64,000 nt of DNA, taken from assembly GCA_951406725.2 (NCBI GenBank), contig OX597816.1, positions 165,974,001-166,038,000 of the forward strand, given 5' to 3'. This DNA comes from Octopus vulgaris. Its lineage: Eukaryota. Every line of letters begins with the position of its first letter. The stretch's first letter is position 1. Below the pieces are notes generated by a model, which did not search any database, was not told where the DNA came from, and worked only from the letters and a program-made list of their open reading frames with translations. Shown here piece after piece: positions 51,429-63,961 of the stretch. Made by a program: the position numbers and the translations under genes.

Positions 51429-52348
51429 TGTGTTTGTGTTTGTCCCCCTAGCATTGCTTGACAACCGATGCTGGTGTGTTTACGTCCCCGTCACTTAGCG
51501 GTTCGGCAAAAGAGACCGATAGAATAAGTACTGGGCTTACAAAGAATAAGTCCCGGGGTCGATTTGCTCGACTAAAGGCGGTGCTCCAGCATAGCCGCAG
51601 TCAAATGACTGAAACAAGTAAAAGAGTAAGAGTAGTATTGTTGTTGTTGTTGTTGATGCTGATGCTTTAAATGTTGTTGGTATTGTTATTCAGGCGGCGA
51701 GCAAGCAGAAACATTAGCACACCGGGAAAACAGCTCAGCGTATTTCGTCCGGCTTTTACATTTTGAGTTCACATTCCGCCGAGGTCGACCTTGCCTTCCA
51801 TCCTTTCAGGGTCGATAAATTAAGTACCAATTTCTTTATTACCCACAAGGGGCTAAACACAGAGCGGACGAACAAGGACAGACATAGGTATTAAGTCGAT
51901 TACATCGACTCCAGTGCGTAACTGGTACTTAATTTATCGACCCCGAAAGGATGAAAGGCAAAGTCGCCCTCGGCGGAATTTGAACTCACAACGTAACGCA
52001 GACGAAATACCTATTTCTTTATTACCCACAAGGGGCTAAACACAGAGGGGACAAACAAGGACAGACATAGGTATTAAGTCGATTACATCGACCCCAGTGC
52101 GTAACTGGTACTTAATTTATCGACCCCGAAAAGATGAAAGGCAAAGTCGACCTCGGCGGAATTTGAACTCACAACGTAACGCAGACGAAATACCGCTAAG
52201 CATTTCGCCCGGCGTGCTAACGTTTCTGCCAGCTCGCCGCCTTAATTAAGTACGATAAATTAAGAACCAGTCATGTATTGTGGTCGATGTGATCGACCTA
52301 CCCCGTCCCCCAAAAATTTCTGGCCTTGTGCCTAGAGTAGAAAAGAAT
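50804..52348. mobile_element. SINE cluster: A dimer (+, 50804-51195), B (+, 51196-51632), A variant (+, 51692-52348) split by an A dimer (-, 51830-52243)
   Basis: Each unit is colinear with its family consensus as seen elsewhere in the window. Confidence 0.85.
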
Positions 52349-52787
52349 ATTTAGTAGTTTCAGGCAAACTTCTACCGCATCACCAGCTGCACTTCTGTCT
52401 TGCTAGGATGTGTGCAGCATTGTAATTTTTTTGTTTTTGGAAATGTGCAGATTCTTCCTTGTATTGTATTGCGTCAGTTTCTATTTTTATGAGGTGTAGT
52501 GCAGTCTTATGTTGTATTAGTGTTTGTATTGTGTAATACGTTGGGTAATTGTCCTTCTAGTGGTAGTTTATTTCATTGGATATTTGATGTATAGAATGTA
52601 TCGTGTGTTTGTGGATTGCTTTGTTTAAGTTGTATTATTGAATTGATAGAGTCTTGCGGAGGATGTGGGCTGTTACTAGTAGTAGTTTTATTTTTACGAC
52701 GTGCTTTTACTTCACTACTGAGTGGAGCTCTGTGTACCTTGAGTATGTGCTGTGATTTGTTTTAGTGTTGTTATTTATACTCGCGGC

Positions 52788-53165
52788 TCTCCGTCGGTTG
52801 CGACGACGAGGGTTCCAGTTGATCCGATCAACGGAACAGCCTGCTCGGGAAATTAACGAGCAAGTGGTTGAGCACACCACAGACACGAATACCCTTAATG
52901 TAGTTCTCGGGGAGATTCTGCGTGACACAGAGTGTGACAAGGCTGGCCCTTTGAAATACATGCACAGCAGAAACAGGAAGAAAGAGTGAGAGAAAGTTGT
53001 GGTGAAAGAGTACAGCAGGGTTTGCCACCACCAACCCTGCCGGAGCCTCGTGGAGTTCTAGGTATTTTCGCTCAATAAACACTCACAACGCCCTGAGTGG
53101 GAATCGAAACCGCGATCCTATGGCCTCGAGTCCACTACCCTAATCAGTGGGCCATTGTGCCTCCA
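52788..53165 (-). mobile_element. tRNA-headed SINE with different body joined to tail C
   Basis: Minus-strand head GTGGAGGCACAATGGCCCACTGATTAGGG..GGTTTCGATTCCC. 52788-52960 matches tail C. Confidence 0.7.
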
Positions 53166-53180
53166 CTATTTATACTATAT

Positions 53181-53409
53181 ATTTCTTTATTGCCCACAAG
53201 GGGCTAAACATAGAGAGGACAAACAAGGACAGACAAAGGGATTAAGTCGATTACCTCGACCCCTGTGCGAAACTGGTACTTTTATTTATCGACCCCGAAA
53301 GGATGAAAGGCAAAGTCGACCTCGGCGGAATTTGAACTCAGAACGTAACGACAGACGAAATACCGCTAAGCATTCCGCGCGGTGCGCTAACGTGTCTGCC
53401 AGCTCGCCA
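53181..53409 (-). mobile_element. Full-length SINE family A
   Basis: Colinear reverse complement. Confidence 0.9.
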
Positions 53410-53410
53410 C

Positions 53411-53700
53411 TATATTGAAAGTGTTCTACATATGATGCGAGTGGTGCCTAACCTTGCTATTTTCAATGTGTCATATATATTCGTAAGTTGGAGTTTTTCT
53501 GTAGACTTTTTATCACCTATTATTATAGAGATTGCTTCTGCCTTCAGGTTCTGTATTCGCGATATCTCTATTTCCAGGTGTTTCTCCATTTCTTTTATAA
53601 ATACATTGTCATCTATTGGAATTAATACGTCGATCAGAAAGCATTTTATTTCCTTAATGGTCTTTAACAACAATATCTGGCCGATTAACCCTGATCTTCC
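53411..53700 (-). mobile_element. R4/Dong-type 3' ORF remnant
   Basis: KCFLIDVLIPIDDNVFIKEMEK..LEIEISRI.NLKAEAISIIIG..KIARLGTTRIICRTLSI. Homologous to 40842-41120. Confidence 0.8.
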
Positions 53701-53909
53701 TATCTGTGTGTTTTGCTATATTTCAGAGTATGGCTGCTTTTATTGGCTATGCTTTCATTTAATGGTTGTTTAACTCAAATATTCTGTGAATATTCTGTTT
53801 ATATTTCATTTTTGTATTTAGTTTGCAAGGTTATTGATGTGAAACTGGCATAATGACTCTTTTTCCCTAGTTACGACAAAATTCTGCGAATGTTTAGCAT
53901 AGATATCTT

Positions 53910-54500
53910 ATTTTATTCTTGTCTCAAACATAAGACTGTGGTCATTCTGGGCCAGAATTTTTAGCCAAATGAATCGATCCCAGTGCTTACGTTTTTAAAG
54001 CCTGGTACTTATTCTATCGGTTCTCTTTTGCCGAACCGCTAAGTTACGAAGACGTAAACACACCAACACCGGTTGTCAAGCGGTGGTGGTGGTGGTGGGA
54101 CAGAGACACAAAGACATACACACACACACATGACGAGCTTCTTTCAGTTTCCGTCTACAAATCCATTCACAAGGCTTTGGTCGACTCGAGGCTATAACCG
54201 AAGACACTTGCTCAAGCTACCACGCAAAGCGACTGAACCAGGAACTACGTGGCTGGGAAGCAAGCTGCTTACCACACAGCCACACCTGCGTCTATGAATC
54301 TATTAAAATATTTAAGGCGCAGGAATGACTGTGTGGTAAGTAGCTTGCTTATCAACCACATGGTTCTAGGTTCAGTCCCACAGCGTGGCACCTTGGGCAA
54401 GTGTTTTCTACTATAGCCTCGGGCCGGCCAAAGCCTTGTGAGTGGATTTGGTAGACGGAAACTGAAAGAAGCCCGTCGTATATATGTATATATATATATA

Positions 54501-54557
<57 letters not shown>

Positions 54558-54790
54558 GTGTGTGTGTGTGTATATCTTTGTGTGTCTTACTTGTCCCCCC
54601 CCCTCCAACATCGCTTGACAGTCGACACTGGTGTGTTTACGTTCCCGTAACTTAGCGGTTCGGCAAAAGAGAATAAGTACTAGGTTTCCAAAGAATAAGT
54701 CCTGGGATCGATTTGCTCGACTAAAAGCGGTGTACCAGCATGGCCACAGTCAAATGACTGAAACAAGTCAAAGAGTAAAAGAGTAAAGAG
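53910..54790. mobile_element. Divergent head-to-head pair of SINE B copies (53910-54293 -, 54315-54790 +)
   Basis: Two full copies in opposite orientation about 20 bp apart. Confidence 0.85.
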
Positions 54791-55621
54791 TATCCAACTA
54801 CCTCAAAAAGTATTACTGTTTTTGTTCTAGTTTTCATTACAGAACTAACCTAATTCCGTTCACTGGGTGGTCCTAAACGGATTGTCAGAAACAGAACCAC
54901 GATTTAAATTATTCTTTCTTGAACCCAGAGACAGCCAGAAATAATTTCTGACATTTTTGTATAGATGCTGACAGTTTTAAAATATAGCTGACATTTTTAG
55001 AGCGCATCGGTCATAAAGTTACATAATACAATAACGCAGGCGTCTTTAAATGTTACCATCTCATTCGTGTATGAGATATTTACGTTCAGTTTTATTGTAT
55101 ATTTATTTTATGTCACCACTGACGAAAGTAATACTGTTGTTGTTGGTGGTGTTATTGTTGTTGTTGTTGTTGGCAGTGACAGATTCCTAACAGATCGATC
55201 ACTGGGTCTCTGTATATGTATAAGCAAAGATAACGTGTCTAGTTTCAGTACAAAATAAATATCAACAGGAGACTGAAAAGCAATGAATGTGTGTGTGCGT
55301 GTGTGTGTATACGTGTGTGTGTGTATATGTGTGTGTATGTTTGTATAAGTGTGTGTATCTGTGTATCTGTGTGTATACGTGTGTGTGGGTATACGTGTGT
55401 GTGTGTGTATCTGTGTGTATACATTTATACGTGCGTGTGTACACATGTGTGAGTATGTATACGTGTGCGTATACGTGTGTGTATGTATACTTGTGTGTGT
55501 GCGTGCTTGTGTGTGCTGACTCATCTGCACTTCACTAAAGGTTTCGTAGACTCGTGAAACTTTAAGTAATGTGGGGCTGAGTCAATTTGCCAGTAAAAAT
55601 TACGACTCAAACTGTGTTGAG

Positions 55622-55710
55622 TCCTCCTCTCTCTCTCCTGCTTTCACTCTCTCCCTCTCTCTCTCCCTCGTTCTTTCTGTCTCCCTCTCTCTCTCCCTCC
55701 TATCTCTTCC

Positions 55711-55741
<31 letters not shown>

Positions 55742-55935
55742 CCCTTTCTTTCTTTCTTTCACCCCTCTCCTCTTCTCTCTTTCTTTCACCCTCTCCCCCT
55801 CTCTCTTTCTCTCTCCCCTCTCTCTCTTTTTCTCTCTCCTCCTTCTCTCCCTCTTTCTCTGTCTCCCCTCTCTCTTTCATTCTCTCTCCCTCTTTCTCTC
55901 TCGCCGCCCTCTCTCTCTCTCTCTTTCTCTCTCTG
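55622..55935. repeat. Polypyrimidine (CT)-rich tract
   Basis: Direct reading. A similar tract is at 32765-32945. Confidence 0.9.
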
Positions 55936-56279
55936 TAAATAGCTTTCTATGCAAACCATAAACAGTCAGTAGGTATACTCTTTACCCTTTTACTCTCTTT
56001 TACTCGTTTCAGACATTTGTCTGCGGCCATGCTGGAGCACCGCCATTTAGTCGAACAAATCGACACCAGGACTCATTCTATAAGATATATAGAATGCTGT
56101 GTGTGTACGAGTGTGTATGTCTGTGTGCACGCGCGCGTACATATAACGCACTCTTCTGTTATTAGTGGTATCAACAAAAATAATCCAATGAGAAATAAAT
56201 ATCATTTATAAACCTATATATCACTTATTAAATGATACACACACAGCTATATATATATATGTATGTATATAGGTGAGAG

Positions 56280-56763
56280 AGTTCGTATGTGAAAGCACGT
56301 CGTTGGATGTATAAAAGACAAAAAAGAGTGAAAAAAACTGCAGAAGGCTTGTGTTATATGGTTAAAGAAAATATTTAAATCGTTATGTTAGAAAAATGTT
56401 ATAAAATTTTGCGTATAGTAACATAGTTTTGGAGAATTAACCGGTTTCGTATTTTCTTTTCAAGTTTCTCAAATTTCTTTACCTATAGTGTCATGTTTTC
56501 GCTATGTTGTGAAATATGGAGCTCCAGGCAGGGAAAGGTAATCAGGGATATTTTCCGGTGAAAGGGAGATAATCAAACATGTTGAGAATGACTAGGCTTG
56601 ATTAATTTAACATGATTTGGTTTAGAAGGAATAGAATGTTACAAGGGGTTAGGTTTTGCATTATATTTTTCAATGAAGAAGGTTTCCTTATTTAATCTAA
56701 CTTGTGTTAGTGTTCCAATGGCACATTGATAGAATGGAAAGATTATAAATTGTGGTAGCAGTT
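56280..56763 (-). mobile_element. PLE 3' end (GIY-YIG C-terminus plus pLTR-like tail)
   Basis: Minus strand reads LPQFIIFPFYQCAIGTLTQVRLNKETFFIEKYNAKPN (F.IFPF...R..KE..FI...LN motif). Decayed hammerhead remnant GAAACCGGTT near 56440. Confidence 0.6.
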
Positions 56764-56812
56764 ATATATATATATATATATATATAACTGCTACCACAAT
56801 TTATAATCTTTC

Positions 56813-56855
<43 letters not shown>

Positions 56856-57694
56856 AAATGAAATCATCAAATGAATTAATAAATTTGCCATATAGAAATA
56901 TGAAATAATTTATTGTAAAATTCAAGTCGACTGGGGCTTGAAGTTTTCAATAAATGATTTCATATTTTTATGTTGTAAATACATTCAATGACTTCTCTCT
57001 CGCCCTCTCTGCATATACATATGTATATATATATATATATAGCACAAACATACACACATACACATACACATACACAAACATATTCACACACGCATGCACA
57101 TACACACACACATACACACGCACACACATACGCACACGCATACACATACACACACATACGCACGCATACATACACGTTACAGGGTGAACAACACGAACTT
57201 TAATATAAAATTTTATTGTACTCTTAATATTGACTCCCCACCACCCCCAATCAACCATAAATGTCCCATTGTTACTCTTAAACTAGATTTTAAATAATTA
57301 CTGTTTTTTGTAGTATTTAATTTGAGCAATAAACTACTGACGAAATGAAAATAAAATTAGCTTTGGAAAATATTGTTTTGAACTTTTCTTGAATTCCAAA
57401 ATATATTGCTCGTAATTTCAAACAGGAAACAGTTCATTTAAACAGAAAAAGAAAACATACAAACATCTCATAGCTTCGGGGAAGAAGACAATAAAACGTT
57501 GAGTTGTCGTTCGTTCGTACATTCTAGAAAATCGAAAACAATGTTTTGATAATCATTCACTAATATAATTTTATTTTAGTAAGCCAACGAGGTAACGCCG
57601 TTAATAGGAGGGTTTAAGAAGGTAACGGAGGAGGGAGAGATAAACTAAATTAAAATAAAATAAAAACAAGATAAAAATGAAGCAAAAAGTAGAA

Positions 57695-57805
57695 CAGTAA
57701 TCCTAAGCCATATCGTGGTTCACCTACCGCGGTTCACTTAACGCAGTTTACCTATCGCGATTCTCCTGTCGCGGTTCACCTGTCGCGGTTCACCTATCGC
57801 GATTT
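57695..57805 (+). mobile_element. pogo/Tigger-like MITE end with 14-bp tandem repeats
   Basis: CAGTAATCC start followed by about 6 TTCACCTRTCGCGG units. Confidence 0.6.
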
Positions 57806-57869
57806 ATCATATATGCTCACGTAGGTTCCTCCGTAATGGTGTTTTGCATTTATAATAACATAAATATAT

Positions 57870-58222
57870 ACGTTCTGAATTCAAATTCCGCTGAGGTCGA
57901 CTTTGCCTTTCATCCTTTCGGGGTCGATAAATTAAGTACCAGTTACGCGCTGGGGTCGATGTAATCGACTTAATCCCTTTATCTGTCCTTGTTTGTCCCC
58001 TCTATGTTTAGCCCCTTGTGGGTAATAAAGAAACAAGTATGCCGTCTGCCGTTACGTTCTGAGTTCAAATTCCGCCGAGGTCGACTTTGCCTTTCATCCT
58101 TTCAGGGTCCGATAAATTAAGTACCAGTTACGCACTGGGGTCAATGTAATCGATTTAATCCATTTGTCTGTCCTTGTTTGTCCCCTCTGTGTTTGGCCCC
58201 TTGTGGGCAATAAAGAAATAAG
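57870..58222 (+). mobile_element. SINE A head-to-tail dimer (5'-truncated)
   Basis: Two units joined after AAAGAAACAA|GTAT. Confidence 0.88.
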
Positions 58223-58939
58223 AAATAAGCACGTGCTTATCTTGCTTAACGTCTAATCTTGTGTTGTTAAGGATAAATAAAAGGTTCATCGATATGAAAG
58301 TAGATATAAATATAGATGGGTAGATAAATAAGTAGACGGACTAACAAATATTTGTTTCCTTTATCTATTAAATATTTCATAGATTGAGCATGCTGATGCC
58401 TATTTTCCTTTTGTTTACCATGTGGAGGCTATCTCTTAATTATTTAATTTCCTAACAATTCCATCATTTTCTTTTCTGTGCCAACAAATACACATATCTT
58501 ACGAATTCGTATACTACAGCGTCAACAAATGATATCGAGACTACAAGTTTAGCGATAATACAAAAATAGCTACAGTACACAAAAAAAATAAGACAGAGTC
58601 GTTTTGTTTTCCTGTCATGTCAGGAAAACAAAACGAATGATAACCGCACTCAAAATATACCAGCCCCAAGGCGACACGCAAACACTGTATTTAACACGAA
58701 TATAAAGAAAAAATAAGGTCTTCTTCGACAAGAAAATTTATAAAATACCTATTGTATTTCTGGTAATGAATCAATAATGGACGGAATACTCCACAGATTT
58801 AACAGCATTTGGGGGAGAATATAAAATCCTACAAAACTGTATTCGAATTTCAGTGTGTACATCTGTTTGTGTGTATGTTTGTGCATATGTATTACGCGTG
58901 TAACTGTAAGTGTATATCTATCTAACTATCTCTCTCTCC

Positions 58940-58950
<11 letters not shown>

Positions 58951-58987
<37 letters not shown>

Positions 58988-59409
58988 GGCAGTTTGTCTG
59001 TCTGTGTGTCTGTGTGTCTGTCACGTTGCACCCTCACCCTGACCACGGCTTTCAACCGATTCCGATGAAACTTGAGACACACATAGCCCAATGTCATAAT
59101 TCAAAACTAACGCAGCGAAAATTTTGAAAAGTTCCCCCAGTTCTGAAAAAAATCGATCAATTCGACATGGGGTCGATAATCTAAGCTTTTTATATGCAAC
59201 ACATTTTCTGTCTAGGGGACACAACTCGACCTTTTTATCGCCCAAAGGGACAGCTCGGAATATCGTATACACAGAAGTATTCGAGTGAAGAGAAGACATT
59301 GCAACCTACACATGCGCCTTCGTTCCCTAGAGGGAAAGGACTAGATTGGGATTAGTCGTTGCCTACTAGGGGCTCTTACATACCCGAGCAACGCTGGGCT
59401 ATGCTGCTA

Positions 59410-59410
<1 letters not shown>
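58951..59410 (+). mobile_element. Non-autonomous Helitron
   Basis: TC(TA)n AAACGGCAG start; 3' hairpin CCCGAGCAACGCTGGG and CTAG|T. Confidence 0.82.
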
Positions 59411-59502
<92 letters not shown>

Positions 59503-59508
<6 letters not shown>

Positions 59509-59827
59509 CAACAAGAATATCTTCGGTAATTTGGTACGATCGTTTCACGCTAGATCATTTTATTAAACATTTCAAGTATTACAACAGTTTTAAAATGTTG
59601 TTGGAAAACCTCTATAAATGACTGACGATTGCTCAACATTTTAAAACTGTGGTAATACTTGCAATGTTTAATAAAATGATGTAGCGTGAAACGATCGTAC
59701 CAAATTACCGAAGATATTCTTGTTGCTTATTTTGATTATAATAATCCCATGGATTTATATGGATAACACCGTACAAAATTCTGCTGCTTCTGACTTAAGT
59801 ACCATATTCATTTGAATCTAAATTTTG

Positions 59828-59830
<3 letters not shown>
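59503..59830. mobile_element. Fold-back pLTR-like element in (TA)n (arms 59506-59600 / 59634-59728)
   Basis: Inverted arms read directly. Long (TA)n on both sides. Confidence 0.8.
59618..59703 (+). ncRNA. Type I hammerhead motif, long stem II
   Basis: CTGACGA(59622)-t-TGCT.CAACATTTTA...TAAAATGATG.AGCG-t-GAAAC-gatc-GTA(59697-59699). Stem I is imperfect. Confidence 0.65.
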
Positions 59831-59880
<50 letters not shown>

Positions 59881-60135
59881 TTAAGGTGCTAGAAGCAGCA
59901 CCAGCACGCTAACAAATCAATATATTTTACCTTATGTTATTTTTTTACGCATGCTTGCCATTTGATATTATTGTAAACAGTAATATCCTTATATATGTAT
60001 TTTATTTACATATACATATATGTATGTATGTATGTATGTGTGTATGTATGTATGTGTGTATGTATGCATCTATACATGTATATATGTATATATACATATA
60101 TATACATATATATATATACATATGTACACACACAC

Positions 60136-60189
<54 letters not shown>

Positions 60190-60250
60190 TTGTATGCCAC
60201 ATTTAGGTGGCAAATATACTTTACGACGTATACATATAAACATATATAAC

Positions 60251-60319
<69 letters not shown>

Positions 60320-60321
<2 letters not shown>

Positions 60322-60660
60322 GGCGACTATAGTACCAGTGATTGTAGGATCTCTAGGAATGATAAAAAAAAGGTACTGAAACCTATTTGAAAATGATTCC
60401 AGGCTTACCATCCCTACAGGAAGTGCAAAAAATCGTATTAACTGGAATGACTCATGTACTGAGAAGAGCATTATCGCTGTGAAAACAACATCCATCCATG
60501 AATTTATTTATTTAGTAATTTTTAAATACATATTTTGTCTGTGAATTTGCGTGTGTAATCTGGGAATGCATACATTGAGCTTCTCTGCCCTAGGTGTATG
60601 GAAAATACTCGGCGAGAAACGGAAGAAAATTTGAAGAAAGAAGGAAAAAACATAAAAACA
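60320..60660 (+). mobile_element. R4/Dong-type 3' end preceded by (AAT)n
   Basis: KATIVPVIVGSLGMIKK..IPGLPSLQEVQKIVLTGMTHVLRRALSL*. Confidence 0.82.
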
Positions 60661-60677
60661 GAATGAGATTTAAAAAA

Positions 60678-60915
60678 TCCAAGGCTGTGAATTGTTTCCA
60701 GAATATTTATAAATGTTCTGAAAACAGCCTTGGACTTTTTATCCCAGTCTATTAATTATTATATATATATGCATGCTAATACTCGAACCACGTTGGACTC
60801 CTCATTCGTATCATTATCGAACCTGGAGCTTAACTATGGTCTGTCTATAGCATTTACTCAGCGTTACCTGATACCTTTGGGTCTTCTTAACACCAATACT
60901 TCTCATACCCTATAT
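60678..60915 (+). mobile_element. Family P1 remnant with 57-bp fold-back
   Basis: TCCAAGGCTGT...ACAGCCTTGGA (60678-60734). Downstream sequence is homologous to 14085-14185(-). Confidence 0.7.
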
Positions 60916-61451
60916 ATATATATATCAATTATACTCCATTAGGTCAAGGGTAAAATACTTGAAACTTTGTCTTCTAATGGCTTGAAGGGAGGTTTCAATA
61001 CGTACATTATAACAAAATTCGTTAACGAAATTCCGCGAAGTTTTAGGACTACAGATCCTACCCCTAATCTATATTTGGTTCCATCTAAAAGCTAAGTGGA
61101 CTGGATTGTTCAAGCTTAAGTTTTATTAACCGCAGACGAAGATCTGTGTATGCAATAATGGCCGCATAGTTGATAGGTTCGCTTCAAAATCACATGACTC
61201 CAGACCTGACCCCACCGCGTGGCATCTTGAGACAGTGTCTTCTACCATTATCTCGTATCAATGAAAGAAACTGGGCGGAAAAGAAACTATGCTGAAGCCT
61301 ATCGTTTGGATTACACATTTGTCGATGGTAGTGTTATTTTGTTATCCAGTTTGGTACCATCACGTGACCCTTTTGAGTCTTTAGGGAAATTGCACTCTAT
61401 CGCCAGCATTCAAACCAAGATGTCCGATCTGACGTTGAGATACTATATCTC

Positions 61452-61465
61452 GTTGCCATGGCAAC
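61452..61465. promoter_or_regulatory. Perfect RFX X-box palindrome
   Basis: GTTGCCATGGCAAC, the canonical palindromic RFX site, in non-repetitive-looking sequence. Function unproven. Confidence 0.35.
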
Positions 61466-62369
61466 CCATAAGTCGTGATTTATGCCTTTCCTTCCCCACT
61501 TCTATCAGTGTTTCGAGGCCTTGAAAATTTCACTGGCGCTGTTTCTTCCTCCTATGACTTCCAGACGATCTATCGACAGGATATAAACCAGCCAATATTT
61601 GACTGATAACCAGAGAGCCTAATAATTCTGCAATCAACAAAACACGTTTTTTTTTTCTCATACATACCTACCGAAAATAGAACACGTTAAATTTTATGTT
61701 ATTTCTTTGATGATCGGAAATAGCTGTTAATGGTTCTTCATTTTTGTTTATCTTCAACTGGTGAATCTAGCTAAGTTGCAAAAGTATAACAAAACCATGA
61801 CCGCCATTCGCTAACGTGTATTACTTGGTAGAAAGTGCCATTCTTTAAGTCCATATTTACCTCCCTTTTAAAGCGGAATTCGAGTTAGCAGAGAATACTG
61901 CGTTATTTACCATGGGAGAACCACTCATATGGACTGGGGGGGGGGGGCTAAAAGCACTTGGGTTTATATCGCCAGCGATATAAACACGAGTGCTTCAAGT
62001 GGGAAGTAAATATTACCTTTTCGTATTAATACTGTTTCTGTCGCTATCAATTATTTACCATTCTTTTGCTTATTGTTTCAGGTGTTCTATATAAACACAA
62101 GCAAGAACAGATACCCTAACGGACCTTCCACTCTTTGACTCAGTGGAGTGTTGAGTAGGGGGCAGCTGGGTGAAGAGAGAAGTCTACATCGGCTCTTAGG
62201 TGGTATCCACTTGCAGTTAAGTAGACTGATGTGCTTTGCTCAGAAACATAACATGTCGCCCGGCCTAGGAATCGATCCCACTACTTTGTGATTTATGAAG
62301 TCAGCATCCTAAATAATACAGAATTCATTCTGTCTTCTTAGATACATAACAAAAAAGAAGGATAAAGCT

Positions 62370-62610
62370 CCTTCCCGTGTCATTAAAACACACAAGGCCA
62401 GTTTCCCAATTTCTGTAGTGTAAATAATTCCCTTGGATGGGACACCTGTCTGTTGCCGGATCACTTATTTTTGCCAGCTGAGTGAACTGCGACAACGTGA
62501 AATGAATGGTTTTGCTCAAGAACAAAACGCATTGCCCGGTCCTGAAATTGAGGCCACAATCTTACGATCATGAGCCCTACACGCGAACCACTAAACCATG
62601 AGCCTCCACT
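62370..62610 (-). mobile_element. tRNA/CORE-like SINE with a third tail type (F)
   Basis: Family C head. The tail ..GGTGTCCCATCCAAGGG..CTACAGAAATTGGGAAACTGG resembles 44055-44150(+). Confidence 0.7.
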
Positions 62611-62712
62611 TAGGCATGGACAAAAGTTCATCGTCCAATATATCATAGATTCGGCTATTTTGTTTCATAATGCAAGTACACATGGGCAGTGTGTTGGCAT
62701 TAAAAGAAAATG

Positions 62713-63010
62713 ACACTCCGTCGGTTGCGACGACGAGGGTAACTATTGATCCGATCAACCGAACAGTCTACTCGTGAAAATAAAATACAAGGTGGTTGAG
62801 CACTCCACAGACACGCGTACCCTTAATGTAGTTCTCTGGGAGATTCGGTGTGACACAGAATGTGACAAGGCTGGCCTTTTGTAACAACTCATTTTTGGAA
62901 GTTGAATGGACAGGAGCAACGCGAAATAAAGTGTCTGCACCACCATGAATCGAACTCACAACCTTATGATTGTGAGCCAAATACCGTAACCACCACGCCA
63001 CTCGCCTTCA
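62713..63010 (-). mobile_element. SINE family C (tail C)
   Basis: Reverse complement of 1542-1865 with internal deletions. Confidence 0.8.
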
Positions 63011-63581
63011 CAAACGTTCGAACGTCGGAGGAAAAGCTTTATAGTATCACGTTACGCCTCGGATATACGTTTCAGGTTCGAATCCCACAGAGGGTAGCTA
63101 CATTGTTTTATCCATCCTGCGTGGATAAAACTTAGCGCCTATCAAACTTTAAGGGTAACGGCCTCATCAACTATAACCACCTTCACAATACGCAAGTATT
63201 TGTTAAAGTTACAAATCAATAACCAATAAGACACACGTAAGTAGATCGAAGAGAGAATTGACAGATGAGGTTACCAGATAAAGAAGAAAAGAAGGAAGGA
63301 AGAAACCCTACGTAGAATTCCTTCGACGATTCAGTTTTAATGTCTCTATTACAAACTTCTTCTTCTCGCTCTAATCCAGCTAGAAAAGATCTCCAATTTT
63401 ATGGCTTTCTTATCTAAAATATTAGAGTCGGATATTCCCAAACTAGATATTAATCTCGCTATTATATTTTCTTATTGCTGAAAATATTTTCTGTGATGCC
63501 ACTAAATCCCATAGATATACACCTATTTATTTGTGTGTGTGTGTGTGTGTGTGTTTATGTATATATACAGATGTATATCAA

Positions 63582-63657
<76 letters not shown>

Positions 63658-63695
63658 TATAATACATATATATACATCTACATATATATATACTT

Positions 63696-63757
<62 letters not shown>

Positions 63758-63806
63758 TACATATATATATATACATATATATACATCTACACATATATAT
63801 ATACTT

Positions 63807-63858
<52 letters not shown>

Positions 63859-63929
63859 GTATATATATATATATATACGCGCATGTGCACGTACGTAAAC
63901 AAATGCTTACACATGCACACACGTACAGA

Positions 63930-63961
<32 letters not shown>

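Noticed and set aside
57695-57805. CRISPR-like regularly spaced repeats (also 4725-4860, 11240-11290)
   Set aside because: Adjacent 14-17-bp tandem units with no unique spacers, no cas genes and a eukaryotic context.
62060-62200. Good splice acceptor TTCTTTTTGCTTATTGTTTCAG
   Set aside because: All three frames hit stops within about 60 nt, and there is no evidence for a coding exon.
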